In this document: positions 1 to 10,329 of the stretch, piece after piece
Position numbering within the stretch: the first letter of the stretch is position 1
Layout of the letters: every line of letters starts with the position of its first letter
NCBI GenBank assembly: GCA_965209085.1
Contig: OZ242376.1
Location: 544,001-608,000 of the forward strand
DNA length: 64,000 nucleotides
Source: Nitrosopumilaceae archaeon
GTDB taxonomy: Archaea > Thermoproteota > Nitrososphaeria > Nitrososphaerales > Nitrosopumilaceae
Reading direction: 5' to 3'
Translations under genes and position numbers: made by a program
The notes under the pieces: model-generated
The model's database searches: none
What the model was told of the DNA's origin: nothing
The model's input: only the letters and a program-made list of their open reading frames with translations

Positions 1-907
1 GTTTTTTGTACGGCTGCTTTGAGATAATGCCCCGATAGTCTTTTTCCACGGACAGATATCCCTTGTCAGTATATAGCATAATTTGGCGCTCTTTTTTTGT
101 ATCAGAGTTTTTCATGCCATCGGTCCATTTGCCAAAATTTGGCGGATTACGCCGCAGTACCTCCATGTCATGTACTGAGCCCTCTTCAGGTCCGCCAATG
201 TCAAGTACCAACCCGTCTTTGTTTGAGGTTATCTGTACGTTGTAGACGTGCCTCTTGCGCTTTCCAGAGTATACTACCTCTTGGTTTTCCTGCGGTCTTT
301 GAACCTGTACAAACGTGGCATCAAGATACATCTCGCCGCCGCCTCTGCCGGGTACGAATTTTTTAAACAACTCGCTTGTACGTATTGTCCGTATTGCAGC
401 ACCAATATTCTTAGCCGTTGGAAGAATATTCATCAACAATTCATCAGAAAAGGTCAGATATCTGCTGATGGTGCTCTGATCAACGCCTGCAATGGCCGCA
501 AGCAATTCCTGTTTAGGATTGTTGCGTTTGCGGCACAGTGTGACAAACAAAATTTGAGATGCAGTGAGAATACAGGTGTTTCCAGGATCGTCGACATAAT
601 CTGAAAAGCGGGGGACCTTGGGCGAATATTCGATAACTTTTTCAAACCGTTCCTGAATCCATTCAAACTCTTCACGGTTCATTCCAGTCGTCCCGTACAA
701 ATAATTGTCATCATCAATTATGTGGTTCAAATATTCGTAGGCAGATTGTTGTTTTTCGACCTCATTATCATGTATCGTTTTTTTGTAGTGTTGAATTTCT
801 GCTTCAAGCTTGGAGATCATCTCTGTTTGCTGGGCGATTATACGCTTGTCTGGGGCACACATGCTGTACGAATGTGATACTAGATCATAGATCTTTCGAT
901 TTGTCAA
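1..907 (-). CDS. IS5-family (ISL2/PIF-Harbinger-like, DDE_Tnp_4-type) transposase of 'IS-A'; 3' part runs off the window start
   Basis: TTG start at 907 gives MTNRKIYD. Closely similar to the complete copies at 13726-14877, 15702-16901 and 28970-30166. Absent from the ORF track because its stop lies outside the window. Confidence 0.9.
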   Translation of the reverse strand, partial: MTNRKIYDLVSHSYSMCAPDKRIIAQQTEMISKLEAEIQHYKKTIHDNEVEKQQSAYEYLNHIIDDDNYLYGTTGMNREEFEWIQERFEKVIEYSPKVPRFSDYVDDPGNTCILTASQILFVTLCRKRNNPKQELLAAIAGVDQSTISRYLTFSDELLMNILPTAKNIGAAIRTIRTSELFKKFVPGRGGGEMYLDATFVQVQRPQENQEVVYSGKRKRHVYNVQITSNKDGLVLDIGGPEEGSVHDMEVLRRNPPNFGKWTDGMKNSDTKKERQIMLYTDKGYLSVEKDYRGIISKQPYKK

Positions 908-930
908 AATTGATTTTTTGGTTAATTATG

Positions 931-2369
931 TAGGTCATATCACAACCTGCCTAATTCTGACATTTTGACTAAAACGATATTAAAATATCCAAGTTGGCGA
1001 CAATTTTGATTCCATAGATTTAGATCATCCCACAAAGTGGACGAATTATGAGAAACACCCACGGAGATGATCCACTATGAGTAGAAAGCACTGTGTAATA
1101 AAAATATCGAATGCAGAAACCAAAGAGGCGGATAAAAAAAGAATTGCCGAGAAAAACCTGAAAAGCCGTGCTGCATCCATGCTGTTTGGCCATCTGAGCC
1201 AGTTTGCAGTCCCAAAAGAATACAAAAAAGAACTCAAATGCATGAACAAATGTAAGAACGGCAGACGTTACATGTATCCGGACAAGCTTTTTTGGGTATT
1301 ATCTGTAATTCAAGCGTGCACAAGTTACTCAAGCTGCACTATTGAAGGGATGGTTAGAAAAGTAATGGATGATGCATCTCCATCTAGCAGTACGATATAC
1401 AAACGCATACAGAGATTGGACATTTCTGATAACGGATTGGAAAAGATGGCCCGCATGTGTGGTCTGTCTTTAAAAACACTTGATCCGACAAGGCGCATGA
1501 ACGGACAGCCTACGATGCTCATCTCTATTGATTCAAGAGGACTGAAACTATCAAAACTTGGATCATGGATAAAAGAAAAATGGGGCATATCAAGTCCGTT
1601 TCTAAAACTGCATCTTGTCATAAACGTAGAAACGCTTGAAATACTCGATTTTAAGATAACAAAAAGCAACAAGGGGGATGCATCACAGTTTCCACAGATG
1701 ATAAGAAAGGCACGCAAAAAGATCAGATGGCAGCTTGCGCACATGATATCTGAGATGGATTCAACTGAAGAGACTGCCAAATACAAAAACACAATGATGA
1801 AAATTCTTGGCGATGGGGCATACGGTACAAAAGAAAATTACAACGTGTGTGACAAACTTTGCATGTCTGGTCTGTTAAAGGTGCGTATCAATTCAGCACT
1901 GTCAGGCGGCAGTCATGAACGCAATACGGCGGTGCGAGAACAGCTTGGAGGAGATGCAAGCAAGCGTACAATGGATGATGTTTCAATACAAAAACGAAAG
2001 GAAAATCTGAAAAAATGGAAAAAAGATATAGAGTATGGAAAAAGATGGCACTCTGAAATTGTTTTTGCAATATTCAAAGAAAGGTTTGGAGAACATGTAC
2101 GATCAAGATATATGAAAAACATAAAGCAAGAAATTGGCATGAAAATCCTAGTGTACAATTTGTTAATATGTGCCGTACACTGACACAAACTGCAATAAGC
2201 CTAGCGGACGCTGTATGCAGATGTGTGAATTTTGGAAGATTTTTGTGTAAAATTACGGTTTGATAACAAATGGGTCCGGATATCGATGACAGGTGTGTGT
2301 TTTTGGAAGATTTACTGTCATTTTTGATGGAATTTCCAATAGAATTTTCAATAGTTGTGACATGACCTA
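931..2369 (+). mobile_element. 'IS-B', complete IS5-family (IS903-like) element inserted in the left TIR of IS-A
   Basis: TIRs TAGGTCATATCACAAC (931-946) and GTTGTGACATGACCTA (2354-2369). 8-bp direct repeat TAATTATG at 923-930 and 2370-2377. Confidence 0.9.
1077..2183 (+). CDS. IS5-family (IS903-like) DDE transposase
   Basis: Motifs DSRGLK, WIKEKW, FLKLHL, GDGAYGT and YGKRWHSE..F..FK..FG. Confidence 0.85.
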   Translation: MSRKHCVIKISNAETKEADKKRIAEKNLKSRAASMLFGHLSQFAVPKEYKKELKCMNKCKNGRRYMYPDKLFWVLSVIQACTSYSSCTIEGMVRKVMDDASPSSSTIYKRIQRLDISDNGLEKMARMCGLSLKTLDPTRRMNGQPTMLISIDSRGLKLSKLGSWIKEKWGISSPFLKLHLVINVETLEILDFKITKSNKGDASQFPQMIRKARKKIRWQLAHMISEMDSTEETAKYKNTMMKILGDGAYGTKENYNVCDKLCMSGLLKVRINSALSGGSHERNTAVREQLGGDASKRTMDDVSIQKRKENLKKWKKDIEYGKRWHSEIVFAIFKERFGEHVRSRYMKNIKQEIGMKILVYNLLICAVH

Positions 2370-2387
2370 TAATTATGCATAAGGTCT

Positions 2388-2449
2388 AATGAATCAAATT
2401 AACAATTTTTACAAACAAAAATGAATGATTTGAATGATTAGACTTTATT
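2388..2449. repeat. Degenerate core of the 78-bp MITE, flanked by two IS-A left ends
   Basis: AATgaatcaaattaacaatttttacaaacaaaaatgaatgatttgaatgATT aligns with the MITE interior at 24881-24932. Confidence 0.7.
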
Positions 2450-2690
2450 CATAATTAACTAAAAAAGCAATTTGCTAAATCAAAAGATCTATGATCAAGG
2501 ATCACATTCATGCAGATGTGTACTCCGGGCAGTCATATAATTCCCAAACTGAAAATGAAGAATTCCAACCTTGAAGCATGAATAAAGATCTACAAAAAGA
2601 CGGTTACAGACAACGGTGAAAATCATGGGCTATAGACAGACGGTGTTTTTGACCACATGATTGATAATAATGAGCAGCTGTACTGGGAAA
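2450..2690 (+). pseudogene. Decayed IS-A left end and 5' transposase fragment
   Basis: AGACTTTATTCATAATTAACTAAAAAAGCAATTTGCTAAATCAAAAGATCTATGATC resembles the IS-A left TIR plus the start of the MANRKIYD coding sequence; disrupted by stops and indels. Confidence 0.7.
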
Positions 2691-2855
2691 TCCAACAGCG
2701 GTTCAGTGTTTGTATGGATCACTCTCTCTTGTATCGGCGACTCGAACATTCTCTTGTTTGTAGTGCTGGTTATTGTTTAATAGGTAAATTCGTACAATAT
2801 TTCACTCGTTTGCATAAACATGAATTTAGTGATTTTATGAAATTACAACATCATA

Positions 2856-4646
2856 TCATAGACATTTATAATAATTCTCAATTTTTTTTGCCATAAGCTC
2901 TCTCCTTTGATCTAAAAAGTCGTGATAATCATCAATTGACATATCAAACACAGATTTTGGTATGCAGTTTTGCTTCATGTTTTCATTTAAATCCTCTGAA
3001 TTGATAATGCCACCGTATTTGATTTCTCCATCATTACATTGTTTCAATACATCCTCAAAATATTTGAATGGAGGTTCATCATTTATTGCAATATTAATTT
3101 CAGGTTGTGTGTATACAAGATTTGAAATTTGATTGTAATCTCCTCTATTGTTAAATTTTTTCTTAAGATATGCTTTAGGAAATATATGGTGAATATCACC
3201 TTTTCCATCTACCATATCTCTGATTGTGATATCTTTGGAAAGGAATCCTTTATCATTATATTTAATTTGAGATGCAAAAAATACACTAAGAAACGAACTG
3301 CCTCGGTTAGAGTTTTTTAATTTAGATAATAATTCCACACTCCAAAATGCTTTAGATAAATCAGTATCTTCTATGAATTTTAAATGACTTTTAATATCTT
3401 GTGTGATCTTTTTAACATCACTATCAAATGTTGATTCAGGTGATGATGAATATCTGCCAGTGAGTAATGACATGACCAACCATTTCTTAACAAATTGTTC
3501 AATTTCAGATGGAACCATTCCTTGTTCTTTTAATTTTAAATAAACAATATATGCAAAATTTATGGCATGTTGTGGTTGTATAAATTTTGAATTGGTGAAT
3601 CCTGCAGATTTTACGATTAGGATAAATCTTTTAAAATTTGTTTCATTTACAAATTTTAATACGCTTTTTTCTAATTTTTTAAATGTATTCTCTTGTATTA
3701 TAGATTCAAATTCTCTTGTTTCAAAATTCCTTCCAGAAAGAAGACTTACTAAATCTGACATTTTCCCTCTGTTAAATTCACTTGTAAATGCAACACGAAG
3801 TAAATCCGAATATCTAGGTTCGTATAAATTATTATTTTCTTTTTCCAACCATTGTATTTTCTGTAAAAAACCTGTTTTTGCAAAATCTTTGTCAATATTT
3901 TCAAGATCTGAATAAAAATCTGGCGTTTTTATTAAATGACAAAAATAATCTATCAATTTTCTAAGATTTGAACCAACATCATTTTGAGCGGCAATTTTAG
4001 ACATTACAAAATCTGCTTGGCTAAGAGTTACGCCCGTAGAATTCACTCTTTCAAAAATAATTTCAACGGTTTCTATATCAAGATCGTGTTCTAATTCAAT
4101 AATGCCTACATTCAGAGTTCCGACAGATCGTAGTTTTTCCAGATTGTCATCAACTTCATCTTCATCTGCATCAGGATTGTTTTTACAGTATTCTTGAAGA
4201 ACTTTTCTAATTCTAGATCTTCCGCTCACAATTGGTGAAATGTCTGAAATCCAAGAAGCATCCTTATCGATCACAGGATTCAGAACTTCAAATTTATATT
4301 CATCAGAACCAGATGGGTGAAATGCGATAGTAATTTTTTCTTTTTTATAGTTTTTATCAACAACTTCTTTGCCTAAAACTGCTGCTGTTAATGCTGTAAT
4401 CCTTTGTTGGCCATCTATGAGAATTTTTTTTCCTTCAGATGTAGTGCCGTCTTTCAATTTTATTGCTGGATTCTTCCATGCAATCAAATAGCCAATAGGA
4501 TATGCGTGGTACAACGAATCCATCAAATCTCTAACTTGTTTCTTAGTCCAAACAAATGGACGTTGTATTTCAGGAACTGCCATTTCTTTAGTTTTTATCC
4601 AGGTTAAAATTGTGTTTATGTCCACTTGATTTACATGGTATGTCAA
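2856..4646 (-). CDS. GmrSD-type type IV restriction endonuclease (DUF262 N-terminal domain, HNH-like C-terminal domain)
   Basis: VPEIQRPFVW, LIDGQQRIT and IFERVNSTG match DUF262; DIHHIFPK..NQISNL matches the C-terminal HNH-like domain. Start placed at TTG 4646 (ORF track start is 4724). Confidence 0.85.
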   Translation of the reverse strand: MTYHVNQVDINTILTWIKTKEMAVPEIQRPFVWTKKQVRDLMDSLYHAYPIGYLIAWKNPAIKLKDGTTSEGKKILIDGQQRITALTAAVLGKEVVDKNYKKEKITIAFHPSGSDEYKFEVLNPVIDKDASWISDISPIVSGRSRIRKVLQEYCKNNPDADEDEVDDNLEKLRSVGTLNVGIIELEHDLDIETVEIIFERVNSTGVTLSQADFVMSKIAAQNDVGSNLRKLIDYFCHLIKTPDFYSDLENIDKDFAKTGFLQKIQWLEKENNNLYEPRYSDLLRVAFTSEFNRGKMSDLVSLLSGRNFETREFESIIQENTFKKLEKSVLKFVNETNFKRFILIVKSAGFTNSKFIQPQHAINFAYIVYLKLKEQGMVPSEIEQFVKKWLVMSLLTGRYSSSPESTFDSDVKKITQDIKSHLKFIEDTDLSKAFWSVELLSKLKNSNRGSSFLSVFFASQIKYNDKGFLSKDITIRDMVDGKGDIHHIFPKAYLKKKFNNRGDYNQISNLVYTQPEINIAINDEPPFKYFEDVLKQCNDGEIKYGGIINSEDLNENMKQNCIPKSVFDMSIDDYHDFLDQRRELMAKKIENYYKCL

Positions 4647-4985
4647 TAAGAAAATCAATGATTCTAGAGTATTTATTTGATTATATGCCAAAACTGGAAA
4701 ATAAAAAGAAAGAAAGTTTAACACACACTGTGATTTTCTGTCACACTACGTCACTTACGATCTAGACTCACGGTTATGTTTTAATCTCAAACTGAGACTA
4801 CAGTAACTCTCAATCTTTTCGGATAGAATCAACTTTTTCTAATGGAAAATATGTGAATTATACTGAAAAACTTTTGAGGTATATTGTAGTCATCATCACT
4901 TACATTATAACATTCAATTTCAATATTTTTATATATTGACTAATGAAAGAGTATTTTTGCAGTGTCATTAAATTCTGTAAGTGTA

Positions 4986-5744
4986 TTACTGATCAAAACA
5001 ATTTGTTTTGTTTTGTTTTGTTTTGTTTTGTTTTGTTTTGTTTTGTTTTGTTTTGTTTTGTTTTGTTTTGTGTGTTAGATCATAAATGGGCAATACATTA
5101 TTTTTTGTTCTAGCAGGATATTTTATACATTCATTTTCTATTATGTAATCCATATGGAAGATTATATTTCTAAATTCAACTAGGAATAAATCTATATAGT
5201 ATTTTCTTTCTTCATCTTTGCATTTTATTTTATCACATAGTATGTGTATTAATTTACCAAAAGTCATCTTTTGAATATTAGGTATTTTTTTCTCATCAAT
5301 ATAGATTTTTAATGTTTCTTTAATACGTTCTAATGCATCAGCGATTATAAATGATGATGTTTTACAATGAAATACGATAAATTCATCATGTGTCAAGCCT
5401 GGAGAATTTTTTTCATCTAAGATTATTTTTGAAAATGCGGATATATATTTTATGAAATTCTTAAGTGTCAAGAAAGTTGTTCTATTCGTACATTTATCCA
5501 TATCAATGTCGATCATTTCTGCATTGTTGAGATGATTCATAAAATCAATTATCATAGTTCGTATTTTGTTTTGAGTTTCAGTATATTCTACAATCAATTT
5601 GCTGGTGTTTATGCATATATGTAACAGGTTATATTGTGATAACCTAATCATAAAAAAAAATAAAAATGTTAATATGTAAAATAACATATGATGATGTATG
5701 GATAAATCGATTTTACAATGTATATTAGGATTTAGTATAGGCAT
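4986..5744 (-). CDS. Putative HEPN-domain protein with a microsatellite in its 3' end; true start probably downstream of 5744
   Basis: TFGKLI segment followed by RNIIFH (Rx4H motif); KTKQN repeats at the C-terminus. Confidence 0.55.
   Translation of the reverse strand: MPILNPNIHCKIDLSIHHHMLFYILTFLFFFMIRLSQYNLLHICINTSKLIVEYTETQNKIRTMIIDFMNHLNNAEMIDIDMDKCTNRTTFLTLKNFIKYISAFSKIILDEKNSPGLTHDEFIVFHCKTSSFIIADALERIKETLKIYIDEKKIPNIQKMTFGKLIHILCDKIKCKDEERKYYIDLFLVEFRNIIFHMDYIIENECIKYPARTKNNVLPIYDLTHKTKQNKTKQNKTKQNKTKQNKTNCFDQ
5002..5070. repeat. (TTTTG)13 pentanucleotide simple-sequence repeat
   Basis: 13 perfect units at 5006-5070 plus a partial TTTG at 5002-5005. Confidence 0.97.
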
Positions 5745-5982
5745 GGTAATATGTGAATTATATAAAAGAGGTATGACAGAAGAAGCTAAAAAAAAATGGG
5801 AAAATACTATAAAAATTCATCATGGAGAAGCTGGATTAATAATGGTAGGTGTTGGAGGTCTTACAAAATCTCCATTCTTTATAGGATTAGGTTTAGCTTT
5901 ATCACTACACGATATTGATGATATCAACATGTGGTTCCAACTTAGCTTGGGTGCAACAGATGAACTTAATGCAGGATTATAG
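5698..5982 (+). CDS. Small putative membrane protein
   Basis: 94-aa ORF with hydrophobic segments and IHHGEAG ... HDIDD motifs. Confidence 0.55.
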   Translation: MDKSILQCILGFSIGMVICELYKRGMTEEAKKKWENTIKIHHGEAGLIMVGVGGLTKSPFFIGLGLALSLHDIDDINMWFQLSLGATDELNAGL

Positions 5983-6117
5983 ATGATATTATAAAATAAA
6001 AAAGTAGAGGTTAGATTTAACTCCAATATTTTTCCGTCTCATTGTACATCATTTACGGTCCAGACATACTGTAGACTTGGAGTGAAAACATGTAAGCCAG
6101 TCCGATGCACTTGAAGT

Positions 6118-7357
6118 TGGTGCGGACCCCTGTACAATGAGAACGATTTTTGCATTAAAAATGATATGATCGGAGGGCTCATTTTACCATTGCCCTCCAT
6201 GCGGTGCCAAATTCTGATGGCGTCGCGTATCCTATTGCAGTGTACCCGGTTCTGATTATAGTCCTCAAAGGCGTATGATATTGCAGCTTTGGCATCCTGG
6301 ATCGTCTCAAGTCGCGCGGTCAGACATACTCTTTCTTGAGACTCTTGTGGAAAGATTCCACATGAGCATCTTGCTCTGGCGTGTGATATTGGATGAATTC
6401 CTGCCTTATACCGTATGCTTTTACAGCATTGCCAAATTGCGCTGAAACATACTGGGAGCCGTTGTCGGTCCTTAAAACAAGCTTTGAGCAGTCCAGTTTC
6501 TTGGATGCCAAGACTTCAGTTAAAGCTGCAATTGCGCCGTCTGTAATAGCTCTTGTCTCAAACGCATATCCTACCCACTCGCGGGTAAATGCAAAGGACG
6601 TTAAACAGATAACACCATCTGTCCTGACCGCACCAAATGTACGTCATGTCAGCTTGCCAGATCTGATCCTGTCCTGCAGGTTTTGGGCGCTTCCTTGAAC
6701 GAATGATCTCTTTTTTGGGTTTTGCAGGTACGTTCAAGCCCAGATAATGGTATATTTTCTTCACTTTTTTGCAGTTTACAGGCTTGCCTGTAATACGGGA
6801 CATGGTGGCAGCCATTCTTCATGTTCCATATGTGAGTCTACTCGGACCAACCTGTTGCACCATCTTTGAGATTTCCTTGTCGATTTGAATAATGCGTGGT
6901 TTTTTCGGAGCGTACAGCATATTGTTGGATATTCTGACATAACGTATGGATTTGTGTGTACTAGGGTCTTGTTTTCGCATGAGTGTTACTGCATTCATTT
7001 TGTGCTCCCCTCTAACGTTTTTTTAAAGCATTATTGGCTATGGTTAGATCTCCAATGATTCTCTTCAACTTGTCCATCTCATGATCGTGCTTTTTACTCT
7101 CATTACGATTATACGGTTTTTTTATGCCTGCCTTGCCACATTCAAAGAATATGTCCCTCCACCGGGTAAAGGATGCCGGATTTATGTTATGTTTGCGACA
7201 CAGTTCTGCAGGAGTGACGTGCGTGTTTATTGACTCCATGATGATATACGCACCTTTTCGTCTGGAGCACGATGTGGTCTTTTCATTGATGGATACCTCC
7301 AAGACTGGGTAAAATTTGTTTCACTTTGCGTGTTCTCATTTTATGGGGTCCACTCCA
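6118..7357 (-). mobile_element. IS3-family element: OrfA intact (7012-7302), OrfB integrase-core fragmented
   Basis: Imperfect TIRs TGGTGCGGACCCC..AATGAGAAC (6118) and GTTCTCATT..GGGGTCCACTCCA (7357). WQADMTYI, RTDNGSQY and VESFHKSLKKE fall in separate ORF fragments. Confidence 0.85.
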
Positions 7358-7555
7358 AATTGAACATATCCATAAATTAATAACAGGTTGCAAATCGTGA
7401 AAACACCTACTAATAGAGTGGTATTCGTGCATATGCCAGATAAGTTTACAGTATCATCTATTTTGTAAACTCGTCATTTCACGGTGCTTGTTCTATATAC
7501 ATCCCTTCAAATATATGAAAAAATAATAATATACCCGTCTTAATTTTGATACGTC

Positions 7556-8437
7556 ATGACACTTCCTACATTTGAGGATATCATGTTGCCGCTAGTAGAA
7601 TTTTTAGGCGATAATAAAGAGAAAAATTACTCTGAAGTTATATCACATTTATCACATCATTTTAAACTAGATCCAGAAGATCTAAAATTAGAAAAATTCT
7701 CTGGAGGTAATTATTTTTATAATAAAATTGGATGGGCTAAAAATTATTTAACACGAGCGGGAATTTTGGACAAACAAAAAGGCAAGTTTAAGATATCTGT
7801 TAGAGGTCTAGCTGTGCTTAAACAAAAACCGCCAAAGATCGATAGAAAATTTTTACATAATTTTGAAAAACCCTATTATTGGAATGTGCCATCACTAAAT
7901 AAACATCTTCAATTAAATGATGGTGCAAAATCTCCAGATGAATTAATTGATGATGGTTTATCCCAAATTAATACTGTTTTGATTGACGATTTATCACAAA
8001 AATTAAAATCCATAGATCCTATTTCTTTTGAGCAATTACTTCTTGATCTAATAGAAAAACTTGGTTATGGAAAAGGCAAACACGTTGGCAAATCTGGAGA
8101 TGGGGGGATAGATGGAGAAATTCCTCAAGATAAATTAGGTTTGGACATGATCTATCTTCAAGCAAAGAGATATTCTTCTACTGTACCTATTCATGACGTT
8201 CGTGATTTTTTAGGTTCGCTATCAGTAAAAAAAGCAAACAAGGGAATATTCATTACCACTTCTAATTTTCCACAAAACGCTCATGATATTGTAGCAAAAT
8301 CTCAAAAAACTATTATTCTGATAAACGGTCAAGAATTGATTATCTATATGATTAAAAACAACGTAGGTGTTAAAACAAAAAAATCCATACAAATTAAAGA
8401 AATTGATGAAGAATACTTTGATTTTGATTCAAAATAA
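7556..8437 (+). CDS. mrr: Mrr-family type IV restriction endonuclease
   Basis: N-terminal winged-helix (IGWAKNYL..AG) and catalytic GKSGDGGIDG..IYLQAKRY..VRDFLGSL..KGIFITTS. Confidence 0.92.
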   Translation: MTLPTFEDIMLPLVEFLGDNKEKNYSEVISHLSHHFKLDPEDLKLEKFSGGNYFYNKIGWAKNYLTRAGILDKQKGKFKISVRGLAVLKQKPPKIDRKFLHNFEKPYYWNVPSLNKHLQLNDGAKSPDELIDDGLSQINTVLIDDLSQKLKSIDPISFEQLLLDLIEKLGYGKGKHVGKSGDGGIDGEIPQDKLGLDMIYLQAKRYSSTVPIHDVRDFLGSLSVKKANKGIFITTSNFPQNAHDIVAKSQKTIILINGQELIIYMIKNNVGVKTKKSIQIKEIDEEYFDFDSK

Positions 8438-8772
8438 ATCTCAAGTAAATATGACGACAAGGCAATATTTATGATATTTCATCACTGCATTGTACGACTC
8501 TTACATTATCTTGATGTCATCGGTTGTCTTTAAGGTATGAGAGAATTATCTGCAATAACTAGGGTGATCTTGAATCTATGATTCTTGATGGACGTTTTAC
8601 AGATCTTGCATGGATTGGAGATTTGCATCATATTTTACCAATTTAATCCAACAATCTTGTAAAACCGTATTGAAATATTATCGTGAATATACATCTCATT
8701 CCCAGTTTTACTTACAAACAAAACCCAAAACAACATCAAATCTATAAATACAAACGACAAAAAACATCATTC

Positions 8773-8931
8773 ATGCCAACAGATCCAGTATGCGGAATAG
8801 AATTTGACGAACAGGTTGCAAAAGACCTGGCAATAAAGCAAGAATACGAGGGTAAAGATTACTATTTCTGCTGCAACGGGTGCAGGCGCATCTTTTTAAA
8901 AAAACCCCGCAAATGGAAACGCAAAGACTAG
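8773..8931 (+). CDS. YHS/TRASH metal-binding domain protein
   Basis: MPTDPVCG ... YEGKDYYFCCNGC. Confidence 0.85.
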   Translation: MPTDPVCGIEFDEQVAKDLAIKQEYEGKDYYFCCNGCRRIFLKKPRKWKRKD

Positions 8932-9881
8932 ACCGGATATGCGCCGCACATGCGGCAAAACTTTGAACCATCTTGTATATGCCCGTGACAATACGGACAT
9001 TTGCCACCAGTTTCAAGGGCATGATTTTTTCTAAACGCCATGTAATAATACATGGATTCTTTACCACGTAAAATTATACCGTCTTTTCGCCGTACCTCAT
9101 CTCTTTGTGTAAAAAATTTATCATCATCAATTAAACCATCAAAATATCCGCCAAGCCCTGCAGTACCTGCACCATCCTGCATTGCAGCCTTTACTCTCCA
9201 AACTATACTATGAGGTATCTTTGCCTCAAATGCTTTACGCAGTATCCACTTGCCATATCTTTTACCATTCTCATCCCTAACTTTGTATTCAGGACCAATA
9301 GATTTTGCAACTTTAATCACATCCTCATCCAAAAACGGCGAGATAAGAGAAATTCCAATTTTTTCAGCAATTATCTGCGAGGTAAAATGCATTACAGAAT
9401 ATACCCGCTCCAACTCTTCTTGCAATCTCTCAGGATTTAATTTCACCATAAACTTGTACCCTGCAAACAACTCATCGGCCCCATCCCCTGTCATCACCTT
9501 GCTCATACCAAGTTTTTTTGCATTCTCCAACAAAACATACATGACTGTTGCATTGCGTATCTCTATATCATTAAAATTGCCCAAAATATCAACAGTCTTT
9601 TCTGCAGCAGAGGCCAACTCTACAAGGCTAGGCCGCAGCATTTCCAATCTTAAATCAAAGCTTTTAGCACATAGAGTTGAATACTCCAAATCCGGCGCAT
9701 CAAAACCCTCTGCTGCAATGCACAGCGCCAGGGGATTTTCAGATGATCCAAGATGGGCCAATATCGTACTATCAAGTCCCCCAGAGAGGGCAATGCTGTC
9801 AAAATCAGATTTACCAACTGTTCTTTGCAGCACCTCTACCAATCTTTCCACATACCTCATGAGCACTAGATATACGTGCAA
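8928..9881 (-). CDS. Asparagine-synthase C-terminal-domain protein with terminal zinc ribbon
   Basis: LSGGLDS PP-loop, TGDGADELFAGY, PFLD, GKWILRKAFE; ends in CPYC..CRMCG. Confidence 0.85.
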   Translation of the reverse strand: MHVYLVLMRYVERLVEVLQRTVGKSDFDSIALSGGLDSTILAHLGSSENPLALCIAAEGFDAPDLEYSTLCAKSFDLRLEMLRPSLVELASAAEKTVDILGNFNDIEIRNATVMYVLLENAKKLGMSKVMTGDGADELFAGYKFMVKLNPERLQEELERVYSVMHFTSQIIAEKIGISLISPFLDEDVIKVAKSIGPEYKVRDENGKRYGKWILRKAFEAKIPHSIVWRVKAAMQDGAGTAGLGGYFDGLIDDDKFFTQRDEVRRKDGIILRGKESMYYYMAFRKNHALETGGKCPYCHGHIQDGSKFCRMCGAYPV

Positions 9882-9912
9882 ACTTTAAATTCTTTTCAAA
9901 CGTGCATCCTGT

Positions 9913-10329
9913 ATGCTTCTCCCTGCGGAAATTGAATCAAAAACCCTCATACCGGCATTGCGAGCAATTATTTCAAAAAACCTCGCATCAAAGCACAAAA
10001 TACGCGAAGATGAGATATCAAAAATGCTCGGCGTAACGCAGGCGGCAATCAGCAACTACATTCGGGGCACGCGCGGGGACCCAAAAATGATAGAGCAAAT
10101 TATGAAAAACGAACAGGTGGCAAAAATGGTAACAGAATTATGCGATGGGCTAGCATCTGAGATGGCATACACTCCTGCAAGTTTGGCCCGGTTTATTGGA
10201 TTGTGCAATTATATCAAATCAAGCCTTATGATATGCGACATACATCACAATCTTGAATCAAACATTGATGAGCAAATATGCAAAGAATGCGAAAATATGC
10301 TCTTAAAAGGTCCAGGCTCCGTCTATTAG
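9913..10329 (+). CDS. Archaeal HTH transcriptional regulator
   Basis: EISKMLGVTQAAISNYIRGTRG helix-turn-helix; C-terminal Cys/His cluster. Confidence 0.8.
   Translation: MLLPAEIESKTLIPALRAIISKNLASKHKIREDEISKMLGVTQAAISNYIRGTRGDPKMIEQIMKNEQVAKMVTELCDGLASEMAYTPASLARFIGLCNYIKSSLMICDIHHNLESNIDEQICKECENMLLKGPGSVY

Noticed and set aside
63-675. Short ORFs overlapping IS-A, repeated at 13789-14612, 15947-16838 and 29033-29921
   Set aside because: They are alternative-frame or antisense products of the transposase and recur only because the IS is repeated.
9250-9888. 212-aa + strand ORF; likewise 18266-18829 and 11959-12447
   Set aside because: Each is antisense to a better-supported gene.
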